64,000 nt of DNA from Paramoeba atlantica. Lineage: Eukaryota > Protista > Discosea. The stretch lies in NCBI GenBank assembly GCA_977017575.1, contig CDRNVI010000039.1, positions 434,001 through 498,000 on the forward strand, read 5' to 3'. Below the pieces are notes generated by a model. It saw only the letters and a list, made by a program, of their open reading frames with translations, was not told where the DNA came from and searched no databases. Positions 50,249-59,354 of the stretch are shown one piece after another. How positions within the stretch are numbered: the stretch's first letter is position 1; the number at the start of each line of letters is the position of its first letter. A program made the translations under genes and the position numbers.

Positions 50249-50983
50249 CTACGGGTCAGAAGCCATAATATAATCAAAATCTCTCGGTACGTTAAATTGC
50301 TCACGGAACTCATCATAAGTAAGACCACAACGAGCTTGAATATGCTGTGCTAACAACATCATGTTATCCGTCCACCGATTCACGCTATCCCGACACTGAG
50401 CAGTTCGCTGCTCTATTTCAGCGAGCAGCTGAGGGTCGTGCAGTTTTACGGTGTCATAATCTTGTAAAAGTTTTCTTAAGGTTGGTTGGACTTCGCGTTC
50501 AAGGCGTTTTTCAAGCAAGCTATATTTTTCCTTTTTTTCTTCTACGGTAGCAGAAGAAACCTGTATGTTTTCGGGTAAATCGAGCAATATTTTATTCGCC
50601 GCATTCAAGCCATTCTGCATAGAAACAATCGACTTTTCCAGTTCTTCACTTTCAAGTGCAAATTCATTGATTCGCGCCGTGACATTTTCGACCGTATTTA
50701 TCACACATGGTCTAGCACGTTTACCACTTGCTGCTTTCGCCTCTTTAGAAGTGTCTTTAGAAACGGCCCAAAACAGATTTAAAATCCCAATTTTTTCGGA
50801 GGCAACTAACCCTTCTGAAACGAGAATTTCAAGAATTTCATTTACTTGCTGGAAATTAACACCAGAAATGTTTTTGGGCAAAAGCTTTTCAAGCTCCTTC
50901 TGAGTGTACGGCTCTGCGTGGTTACGCATCCATTCGGCTACTCTAGGACACTTCTCATCAATACCCCCTTTTGGTTTCTTCAT
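50249..50983 (-). CDS. MND1: Meiotic nuclear division protein Mnd1
   Basis: YTQKELEKLLPK, LVSEGLVASEKIG..NLFW winged helix, coiled coil, NRWTDN. Confidence 0.92.
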   Translation of the reverse strand: MKKPKGGIDEKCPRVAEWMRNHAEPYTQKELEKLLPKNISGVNFQQVNEILEILVSEGLVASEKIGILNLFWAVSKDTSKEAKAASGKRARPCVINTVENVTARINEFALESEELEKSIVSMQNGLNAANKILLDLPENIQVSSATVEEKKEKYSLLEKRLEREVQPTLRKLLQDYDTVKLHDPQLLAEIEQRTAQCRDSVNRWTDNMMLLAQHIQARCGLTYDEFREQFNVPRDFDYIMASDP

Positions 50984-51038
50984 TTATAATTGTACAGGAC
51001 AGATTATGCACAGAAAAAAAGGTTGAAAAACGCAAAAG

Positions 51039-51960
51039 TATAAACCCCAGGACACGAATAAGTCATCCCCCCTAATTTTTTCCATGAAGGGGCCTAGGGA
51101 GGTTATGATACCACTTTTTCGTTCAGAATTTCGAGATCTACACATTCCCGCTATTTTTAGCTGCTTTTAAAAAAATGAAAGAAACCTACATTTTTTTCAA
51201 AAAAATCTGACGAGATTTTTTTTCATGATGAAATCCAGGTATCGTCTTCCAAAAGGGGGATAATAATGTTTATCTGATGCGAAGATATTTAATGCGAATG
51301 ATACACATCAAAATATGTGAGTTACCCTAGGAGAAAAGGCCGTCCCCAAGCAGAAAATGCGTTGGGCGCCCACATGTCACGTGTAGGGTGCCATTGGAGT
51401 TGGATGGTGTTACCTTGTGGTGCTACTATCCAACATTTCAATCACAAGTGAAACTTGTGTAGAAATGTTAAGTAATTCTCTCTTTCCCCGAAAATTTATT
51501 TTTCAGCAAGATGGGGCGGGTACACGCACGATGAAAAGTACGAAAACCTATTTCTTTACTTCAAAAATTACATACCAAATTGGCCGACAGGTTCTCCGGA
51601 CCTTAATCCTATTGAAAACGTGTGGGAAATGATTCAGCAACGCGTAAATGAAATGAATCGGTCTTGTACTACCTCTCTAATTAAGTGCGTAAAAAGACTT
51701 TTAATAATATTCTTAAATCTGAGCTTGGCCGTACTGTTTTAAGTTTCGACAGATGCCTGAAACTCTGCAAAAAAAAGGTGGCTAAAAACTAAAAAAGTAG
51801 TAATACTAAATTCATATTTTATAAGTTCCCAGTTTTATTCTCTATATGATATGCGCAAACAAGCGTCATCGAGATCTGCAAAATGCAACAAAAATTAGCC
51901 CAAACGGATAAAGTAACCAAATTTTAGAGGGGGGTGACTTATCGTGTCCCGGGGTTTATA
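51039..51960 (+). mobile_element. Internally deleted Tc1-like (DD34E) DNA transposon
   Basis: About 33-bp TIRs (TATAAACCCC[A/G]GGACACGA(A)TAAGTCA(T)CCCCCCT) with TA at both ends. Decayed transposase: GAIG, FIFQQDGA (D at 51510), WPTGSPDLNPIENVW (E at 51614), RCLKLC. D-E distance is 104 nt, one base short of DD34E. Confidence 0.92.
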
Positions 51961-52135
51961 CGTACTGCTGTACAAATTTCCCCGCTGGAGGACACTTGGA
52001 CATCTGCAACCGTGCATCGCAAACCAACACACGTTTTCCACTACACCACTTTTAAATGTACACCATTTTTTAACCACAATTCCCACAACCCCCCTTTTTC
52101 CTTTTCTACAACCCCTCCATAAATCCCCCCCTTCC

Positions 52136-52987
52136 CTACGACAACCGCGGCAGCGGCCCCACCCCACTCCTCATCCCCTCCACCCCCACCAGCCCCACCC
52201 CCGCCCCCTCCAGATCCAAATCCGCCCCCGCCTCCACCTCCGGCCCCACCGCCCGGTCCCGCTGGAACTCCTCCTCCTCCGCCTCCCCCCACAGCGGCCC
52301 CACCTCCGCGGGGTGCGGCACATTCCGGTACCCCCAGAACCGCATCGTGGCGTGTCGCACCCGCCACCACGTCAGGAACGCCCCCGTCTTGTACTTCCCC
52401 GCCCAGCGGTCGAAGACCATCTGCCAGTGCTTCGGGAGCTCCCGCTCCCGGTGGCTCTCGCGCTGGGGCTGCGGCAGGAAGAAGCGCTCGGGGCCGCGCT
52501 CGGTGTCGTCCCCGCGGTGGGTCGCGGACCCTGCCCGGTTGCGGAACTCCACAAAGTAGAGCCGCTTGCTGTCCTTGCGCCGGCTCTCGCGGAGCCAGCT
52601 CACCGCGACGTAGTTCCCGTGGGTGTGGCGGAACCGGGAGGGGAACTCGTCAAAGGCCTTGTCGACCATGTAGTTGTCGAGGAGGAAATAGGCCAGGGAT
52701 TGGCGCGAGGTGGTGTCGCCGCGTTTGGCCAGCGTCACCGCGTTGTTGGCGTAGACCGCGAGGGCGTGGGCACGACGCCCGGGGAGGGTAAGGAAGTCGC
52801 GACGGATGAGCTCGGTGAGCATGGTGCGCATGAGGTACTGTTTGTGGTAGGGGGAGACGCCACCGAAACGGAGAAGGGAGCGGGGGGGTGCGACGGTGTC
52901 GTGCATGAGGAGTTCGGTGTGACGGGTGGGACGGCCGTCGATGTGGTGGAAACTGCCCCAGTGGCGGGTGAGGGGGGTGGGGCGCAT
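52136..52987 (-). CDS. MRPL17: Mitochondrial ribosomal protein bL17m with extensions
   Basis: YLMRTMLTELIRRDFLT...A...VTLAKRG...KAFDEFPSRFR..HGNYV...RRKD...FVEF. ATG at 52987 follows the pyrimidine tract. Confidence 0.88.
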   Translation of the reverse strand: MRPTPLTRHWGSFHHIDGRPTRHTELLMHDTVAPPRSLLRFGGVSPYHKQYLMRTMLTELIRRDFLTLPGRRAHALAVYANNAVTLAKRGDTTSRQSLAYFLLDNYMVDKAFDEFPSRFRHTHGNYVAVSWLRESRRKDSKRLYFVEFRNRAGSATHRGDDTERGPERFFLPQPQRESHRERELPKHWQMVFDRWAGKYKTGAFLTWWRVRHATMRFWGYRNVPHPAEVGPLWGEAEEEEFQRDRAVGPEVEAGADLDLEGAGVGLVGVEGMRSGVGPLPRLS

Positions 52988-55038
52988 GGGGAGAGGGGGG
53001 GAGGATGGGGGTGAGAGGGAAGGAGGAAGGAAAAGAAAAGAAGGGTGGAGGGAAAAGAGATGAGTGGGGAGAAAGGGGATGAGGAAGGGGAGAAGGGAGG
53101 GAAGAAGAAAAGGAAACAAAGGAGGTTTTGTGTTGCAGGCCCTCCCGGAGTAGAATAAAAACCCCTACAAGAAACCAGCCCATGTATCATGTAGGGCATG
53201 GTGCGTTGTTCTGTGCGGAAATTGCTCTGTGCGGAGGTAGTCTTGTGTGCGTAGTTTCGTTTTTGTCGCGAATTTGTTGATATTTAGTTACTTTTAAGAG
53301 AATTTTTGAAAAGCGTGCAAACTTGGTTCAATCTGACCAGGAAATTGATGACGATGTACAGAAGGCCGCCAAAACTATTGAGTCGTACTACAGCCTTTTG
53401 GTGGGTCACAGCTTAGGGGATCACGAGAAGGATTATTTTTAAATTTCCTAACAAGCGCAGTTTCCCTTTTGAAGCTTTTTGTTGAAACGCCCGTAATGGA
53501 ACTTTATGAAGCCCTGACTTCGACAGCAACATACATGGTATGATAAAAAGTATGAGGTCTTAAAGATGCTGGTCCCGGAGCGTTTTGGAAGATCGGTAAG
53601 GTGCACAAAGCTCCTGTTCATGCTTCTCCGAAGCTTGGCGGTGCGACTTGGTGGATACTAGATAAGTTTACCTCGGCCAGTTACATCGGCAACAAAGCTC
53701 CCACGATAGCTCGACTTGTGGAGTCGCACTGCCGGAAAACAGCACTGCCTATCTCACTTTGCGCTCATCGAACACGTAAAGCTAATGCACAGCGTCTGGA
53801 AGGAAGGAATAGGGACAGTGATGCACAAGGAAGAATACCTTGCTTTAAAAAATAAAGTGCATCAACATGCAGAGAAGACGAAATGTCCTCGTGAGGAACT
53901 AGCGGAAGCAAAAAAATCCACCCGACTGTGAGAGAAATGCATTTTACCACACGTACCCTTCCGGAAGCATCTGAAGCGCTTATATGCTTTTTATTTTCTT
54001 CCACTCTTATTGCTTTTTCAGTGCTCCGAGGTCCGCTTCGGATTGCGATTAACACAACAATGAACGAAGAACAAAGCCATTGCGGTGGTTGAAAGCACCG
54101 CTCTACCCTCGATTTTTGAAAGGGCGGGCATACGCGCTTCTTTTTGTGTTCCCATGTCGTGTGAATAGGAACTTGTGTGAATAGGTGTTCCAATGTCGCG
54201 TTGAATAGGAAGACGAACTTTACGCGACGCGAATAGTGACCATCACGTTTGCTCTCATGAGCACTCCTTCTCAGCAATTTCTCATTTTTGTTCGGTCGCT
54301 CCTGGAGCAATGGCCGCCAAATATTACCATCGAACAGTTTCTTACCTTTTTCCGCAAAAAGACCGGAAAACTTCACAAATGTGAATCAATTCTCGCCGAT
54401 GAACTGTGTGATATTCTTAATTCGGATGTCGATAAGAATGCAGACTTTTGGAACAGCTATTGACGCTGGAATTGACCGGATGAAGGGAGAACACGTCCTG
54501 TTATGTGAGGTCTATATGTCGGCCCTATGGAATACATGTTCTTCCTCCTACACTGTATGTACTCGTCCACACTACATGTACTCGCCTCAGTACAAGGCAT
54601 TTGACGGGAAGCTCGTGGCTGAGTAAACAGTATGACAATCAACATCGAATGTCAACGTCTGAAAAGGCTAACCCAAGTTACCAGATAGAGTACGCGCGGT
54701 GACGATAACAAGCTGTTGTTAAAGTACATCGTCAAAGGGTATGTACAAAAATGCACGTATTTTAGAGCTTATCACAATTCGTTTATTCAATTGCGTTACA
54801 TAATTTTAATCGTATTCGTTTTTATCAGTGAAACCCCCGCAATAAAAGATGAGGTGCGCTCCCAGGCGCACCAGTTTCAACCCCCCGAATGCATATGTAC
54901 AATGAGTGACACAAACATGGCAAAAAAGTCCACCGCGATGCCTGCCAATCTATTAAAATATAACGAATCGTATCATGCTTGTCAATAGGCTTATGTACAT
55001 CGATTTACGTGTATGCCCCCACATTGATCTGGAAAAAA

Positions 55039-55530
55039 TTACCTTATCGACACAGATGTACTTTTGACCGACTCGAGATCTTTATCATCCACGGGCCAAC
55101 CCGCTTCTGACATTTCCTGTAAATATTTCGCAGACGCATTTTCTGCTTTTTCCATGAAACCGTTGGAATCTGAGGTATTCGCGCCTTTACATTTTTCCTT
55201 TAATTTGCATTGCTTAGGGCACGTCTTGGGTTTCACATAATACAGAACGCATAGCCCTACAATCAGGATAGCTAAGGCGCGACAACCCCGAAGAGACAAT
55301 TGTCGTATTATTTCGAGATTGGCGTTGTACGTCTCTTCACTCATATTGGGAAGATCCTTTAAGGGGGAGGAGGCTACTGGTGTCGCAGGTACATTCTTCG
55401 GTTGTTTGGATGAAGGCACGATGTTCGCCCTATAAATCTTAGCTTTCTTAGTCTTTACATTGATAGGCTTTGTTTCATGAGCTAGCGATTCAGCTTTCTT
55501 TTTCAAAAGTTCTAGACTTTTTCGCAACAT
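55039..55530 (-). CDS. Hypothetical single-pass membrane protein
   Basis: ATG at 55530 (MLRKS), one TM helix (ALAILIVGLCVLYYV). Confidence 0.5.
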   Translation of the reverse strand: MLRKSLELLKKKAESLAHETKPINVKTKKAKIYRANIVPSSKQPKNVPATPVASSPLKDLPNMSEETYNANLEIIRQLSLRGCRALAILIVGLCVLYYVKPKTCPKQCKLKEKCKGANTSDSNGFMEKAENASAKYLQEMSEAGWPVDDKDLESVKSTSVSIR

Positions 55531-55655
55531 ACAAGTGACACAATAAGTGAAAGAAGAAAGACTCAATGAAATAATGTTTATCGTACCGTCGAATCGTTTT
55601 AATACTCACCAATGCTTACCTTAATCCCTTTTATCAATCGTCATCACCATCCTTT

Positions 55656-56786
55656 TTACCCCACAACCGTTCGAAACCCCACCTCCCGCGGTGGTGGCAC
55701 ATAAAACACCTCCGAGGCCTCATGGAGTAACTGTGTCGCGGAGTCGCTCTCCAGAACCCGCACACAGGGATGACCGACCCACTGCGCGCGTTGCTGGCCC
55801 TCCTCCACCTTCCTCTTTGTGCTCCACGCCTCATCGGAGCGGTAGTGTATAAAAATCGTGTAGAGGTGGTCGGAGGCCTCCGGGCCACTGCGCTCCCCCT
55901 GTGGCATCACACAGTACTTCCCCTCCCGCACCTCTGGGCAGTACAGGTGGAAGAACCGGGAGAGGGACGTGCACACGGCACGAGCAATCTCGTGATAGAT
56001 GGTGGCGTCGATGTTGTTCTCCAGCTGCAGCTCGTTTGCGACGGGACGCTTAATGTGCCACTCCAGGGGGGTTCCTAAGTTAAGCACAAGATCCGTGCTG
56101 TCGGGGAAGATTTGAATATGTGGCATTAAATCTTTATACGCCGCAAAGCAGCCGACGAGGTGGGGCGTTGTGGGGGGGCCAAACGGAAAGAGGGGGCGTA
56201 TGCGGTAGCTCAACCCTTCCTGCATTAAATCGGGCTCGGTGGGGGTCGAGAGGGTAGAGGGAGCAGCCGTGGGCGGTTTCTCCAGTGAGGGCTGACAAAG
56301 AACTGTGCCATCTACCCAAAGAGCGTCATCAGGGCCCCGAACCACGCACCGAAGACGTCGTGCAAAGTGTTCCAGGAGTGGAAAAGAAGTAAACAAAGGG
56401 ACAGCAAATCGACGATCTGTTTCCGGAATCTTTCCTGTAGGTTCCAATTCCTGACGTCCGGCATTCATCTCCGAAGTTTGCGACGTTTCAAATGTAAACA
56501 GCTGAGGAAATATCATAAGAGGATCGTACTTACCCCGAGGAGTCGTCACGCAATATGTGAGCGAGCGTGGTAAAAGACGGAACACTTCAAGCCTCGCCCG
56601 AGGATCGTTGCGACTGAGAATTAATTTTTCGAGAGCGGTGTGCAACATTCGGGACTCTTCTGTTACGACCTCGTGTCCTGGAAAATTGGAACTTTGTGGC
56701 TTATATTTTTCGGATTGTGCCAAGCGTAGTAACTTCGATAAACTTCTAGATACAGCACACAGACTACGATAGCGTTTCGAACACAT
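55656..56786 (-). CDS. SseB-like protein with presequence-like N-terminus
   Basis: AVPLFTSFPLLEHF and DLVLNLGTP recall the SseB N-domain motifs (vFTs..eL; vlNPg); LSRFFHLYCPEV recalls SseB_C. First ATG at 56786. Confidence 0.5.
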   Translation of the reverse strand: MCSKRYRSLCAVSRSLSKLLRLAQSEKYKPQSSNFPGHEVVTEESRMLHTALEKLILSRNDPRARLEVFRLLPRSLTYCVTTPRGKYDPLMIFPQLFTFETSQTSEMNAGRQELEPTGKIPETDRRFAVPLFTSFPLLEHFARRLRCVVRGPDDALWVDGTVLCQPSLEKPPTAAPSTLSTPTEPDLMQEGLSYRIRPLFPFGPPTTPHLVGCFAAYKDLMPHIQIFPDSTDLVLNLGTPLEWHIKRPVANELQLENNIDATIYHEIARAVCTSLSRFFHLYCPEVREGKYCVMPQGERSGPEASDHLYTIFIHYRSDEAWSTKRKVEEGQQRAQWVGHPCVRVLESDSATQLLHEASEVFYVPPPREVGFRTVVG

Positions 56787-57049
56787 CGTATGATACGCCG
56801 CCTGTTTCAAAGAAATTGCGATATCATTTCATGCGTCGAATAAGAGAGATGGGATAAATTGATAAACATAAACAAAATTTTAAATATCTGCATGTCGCTT
56901 TGAGTGTACTTTAACTTAGGCAAAGACGTTCCGTTTAACTCAGGACGTTCCTTTACTATTTTTTGAGTGCGTGTTGTTAAAAGAACGTAAACACAGTGCT
57001 CCGTTAAATTTTTTAAATCTTGAAGCAATGGAGACTGTGCAAGTCTTGG

Positions 57050-57089
57050 TTGGCATGAATTGGCACAAGTTAGCATGAGTTGGCATGAG
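57050..57089 (+). repeat. Left subterminal tandem array, 4 x TTGGCAYRAR
   Basis: TTGGCATGAA TTGGCACAAG TTAGCATGAG TTGGCATGAG. Confidence 0.95.
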
Positions 57090-57259
57090 TAACCATATTT
57101 TTGTTTTATCAGCCAATTTAAATCTTTTTTCGGTGCGTTCTGCAAAGTTTAGTTACAAATGTATATTCGTTAAAAGTCATCTAAAGAATTCGGTATTCAA
57201 GTTTTTTTATTCTTTGCACCACATCACTTATATCATTCCAAGCATCAATCTGTCGCCAG

Positions 57260-58066
57260 ATGTGCGAAGGAAAATGTCAGAAAATGACACCGTTCACTCT
57301 TCCCACCGAAGGTCGATCATCATTTTGTGTTTATTGCAAATGGTGTGTCGATTCCGAGCAGCACAGAGATGTATGTGTGCAATGCTTGCAGTATGGGGTA
57401 TTCAACGGTTCTGATGTTTGTGCGACTTGTGGACAATCACAAGTCGTTGAATCATTTTCTCCTCCCCTCCTTCAGGAGTTATTTTCATCCGATCTGGGCC
57501 TTGAATCAGTAAAGTGCACATCCAGCCAATTCTTTCGGAAGACTGTTTTGGGGTTGCGATTTACTTTTTCGCATGTGGCGTATGCCCTGATTGCGAGCAA
57601 ATCCAGCATTGACTGGGCTGATGACGGAACTAAGTTTTTGCGGGCAGGCATTAACTACGCCAAAAAGTTCCGATTGTCTGTGAGTTCTAAAGACGAACGT
57701 GACATGGCGACAGTATTAAAAAACTTTTGGAATAGCTTTGTCGGAGATTTGAATCGAAGACGTGTGACGATTCGGTCCGATCTAAAGTCTAGAATCATCG
57801 AGAAGCTGTCCGTGCATGAAGAGAAGTTCCGGGTACGCTTGACCTATGTGGAAAAGGCCAAGGAGTACGTCGAATCAACCTGTTGGGAAGAAGATGTTCC
57901 AGAAGTTGCGGCGACAAAGCTTCTGCAGCTCGGAGCCGTCATTCTTCATGATAAACGGAAGAGAGGCCCACCGGTTCTTCACGTCACTGTGGAGAATAGT
58001 GCGAAGGCTAAGAAGGAAGAGGATAGAAAGGCGAAAGTTCATGTGGAAAGTATTAATTTAGTTTAA
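57260..58066 (+). CDS. Transposon-borne orphan ORF, Cys-rich N-terminus (268 aa)
   Basis: The only long, non-shadow plus-strand ATG ORF in the window; CVYCKWC, CVQC and CATC clusters; lies between the TIRs. Confidence 0.7.
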   Translation: MCEGKCQKMTPFTLPTEGRSSFCVYCKWCVDSEQHRDVCVQCLQYGVFNGSDVCATCGQSQVVESFSPPLLQELFSSDLGLESVKCTSSQFFRKTVLGLRFTFSHVAYALIASKSSIDWADDGTKFLRAGINYAKKFRLSVSSKDERDMATVLKNFWNSFVGDLNRRRVTIRSDLKSRIIEKLSVHEEKFRVRLTYVEKAKEYVESTCWEEDVPEVAATKLLQLGAVILHDKRKRGPPVLHVTVENSAKAKKEEDRKAKVHVESINLV

Positions 58067-58095
58067 TTTCCGTAAGTGATGTTAAGTTCGAAGTT

Positions 58096-58455
58096 GTGAA
58101 GCTAGTTGTGAAGTCTTTAACCAAAAAACCGACGTTATTTATAATACTCTATTACAATAATATGTGTAAATTCATAAATAATACAATCAAAAAGTTTTCT
58201 GAACTTGACGTTTGTGGTGTTCGACTTGATGCCCTACATTCACGCATTGAGCATGTTTTTGGCCGAACTTTCATTGGCCGATGGCTGGCACTAAAAAATT
58301 GGACGTATTCTTTTGATTTGCTAGGAGACTGCTTCAAAGCAGCCCTCATTATACATAGCCTAGAAGCTTACCTGCGCTACGAATGGGGTGGGAAGTTTCC
58401 TCGATTTTTGACAACTGAGGAGAAACGCGTCATTCAATCCAAAATCTGCTTGTGA
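58096..58455 (+). pseudogene. C-terminal fragment of a PIF/Harbinger/IS5-like DDE transposase
   Basis: HSRIEHVFG...GRWLAL...AALIIHSL matches the pattern R-x-x-IE-x-x-FG-x-x-K-x-RW-x-x-L...LHN around the catalytic Glu. The Asp-bearing region is absent. Confidence 0.6.
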
Positions 58456-58748
58456 AACACAGCGCAAGCGTTACCCCCAGCCCGACGCCCCAGCACCGCA
58501 ACATACGACTTTACATTCATTCTTTAAGGGACAATGGACCCCCATAGTTATAGACGATGATGATAGCACCGACGAGGGGGCGCTCGAGTAATACTGCATG
58601 AAGGAAAAATCTAGTTTCATCCCTCATATTATTAAGTTATTACTATATTGTTATGGATATTCCGTGGAGAGAAATTGAGGTGCAGGGTATAAAAAAATGC
58701 ATGTGATCTCTGTATCCCTAAACAATCTCTCATTATTCCCAGTTCTGG

Positions 58749-58825
58749 TTGGCATGAATTGGCATGAGTTGGCACGAATTGGCATGAGTTGGCATGAATT
58801 GGCACAAGACGGCACGAGATGGCAC
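58749..58825 (+). repeat. Right subterminal tandem array, 6 good plus 2 degenerate 10-bp units
   Basis: TTGGCATGAA TTGGCATGAG TTGGCACGAA TTGGCATGAG TTGGCATGAA TTGGCACAAG ACGGCACGAG ATGGCAC. Confidence 0.95.
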
Positions 58826-58867
58826 CGGTTAGCTGCACAGTCTCCAATCTATCACCCCCACCACGCT

Positions 58868-59125
58868 TCAAACTTCCTTCGGCGTACATGCCGCGTAATC
58901 TTGTATTCGATCCCGGTTCTTTGCCAATTTCCGACCCAGAACATCACCATCTTGCTTCAGTCGCTCTTTTGCCATAGAGTTGACGCACTCTACCGTGTTG
59001 GTGTTGATACCTGTTGCACAGTGTGACTTATTAGTATGATTAATAGTTTTCCACTTATAGAGAGAAAAGGTATAAAACCAGCTTTTAACCAAATTTGCGT
59101 AGGCTTCCAGATGTAAGATTCTCAA
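58868..59125 (-). pseudogene. Merlin/IS1595-family transposase relic
   Basis: EAYANL...KTINHTNKSHCATGINTNTVECVNSMAKERLK matches the IS1595 pattern aY..L...TVNHs......G.hTN.IE..W...K. Confidence 0.72.
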
Positions 59126-59354
59126 TAGTGGTGCGAGACTTTAATCTCCATATACTTTATTTCGCGCACTACATATCTGTATATGCTGCACTACATACAG
59201 GTATGTTTGCTTGTAATAAATTGTTTTTTGGTCCACTATGATTTCGCAGCTAGTCCAAATATTAATTGTTCTATTCATTGCGAAATTACGTTGGCGGAGG
59301 AATTCCTTGCTGTTCTTGGTTTGTTTTCCATCGCATACACGTATTAATGCTGAT

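Larger units (their letters stand above)
57030..58845 (+). mobile_element. PIF/Harbinger (PHIS)-like DNA transposon, internally deleted
   Basis: Perfect 12-bp TIRs GGAGACTGTGCA (57030-57041) and TGCACAGTCTCC (58834-58845); AAT on both outer flanks (57027-29, 58846-48); subterminal 10-bp arrays; transposase C-terminal fragment inside. Confidence 0.8.

Noticed and set aside
51944-53183. 356-aa plus-strand ORF and other frames over bL17m
   Set aside because: Antisense shadow of a conserved gene in a very GC-rich island.
53765-54376. 203-aa minus-strand ORF
   Set aside because: TTG start, no motif, atypical composition; treated as part of the relic region.
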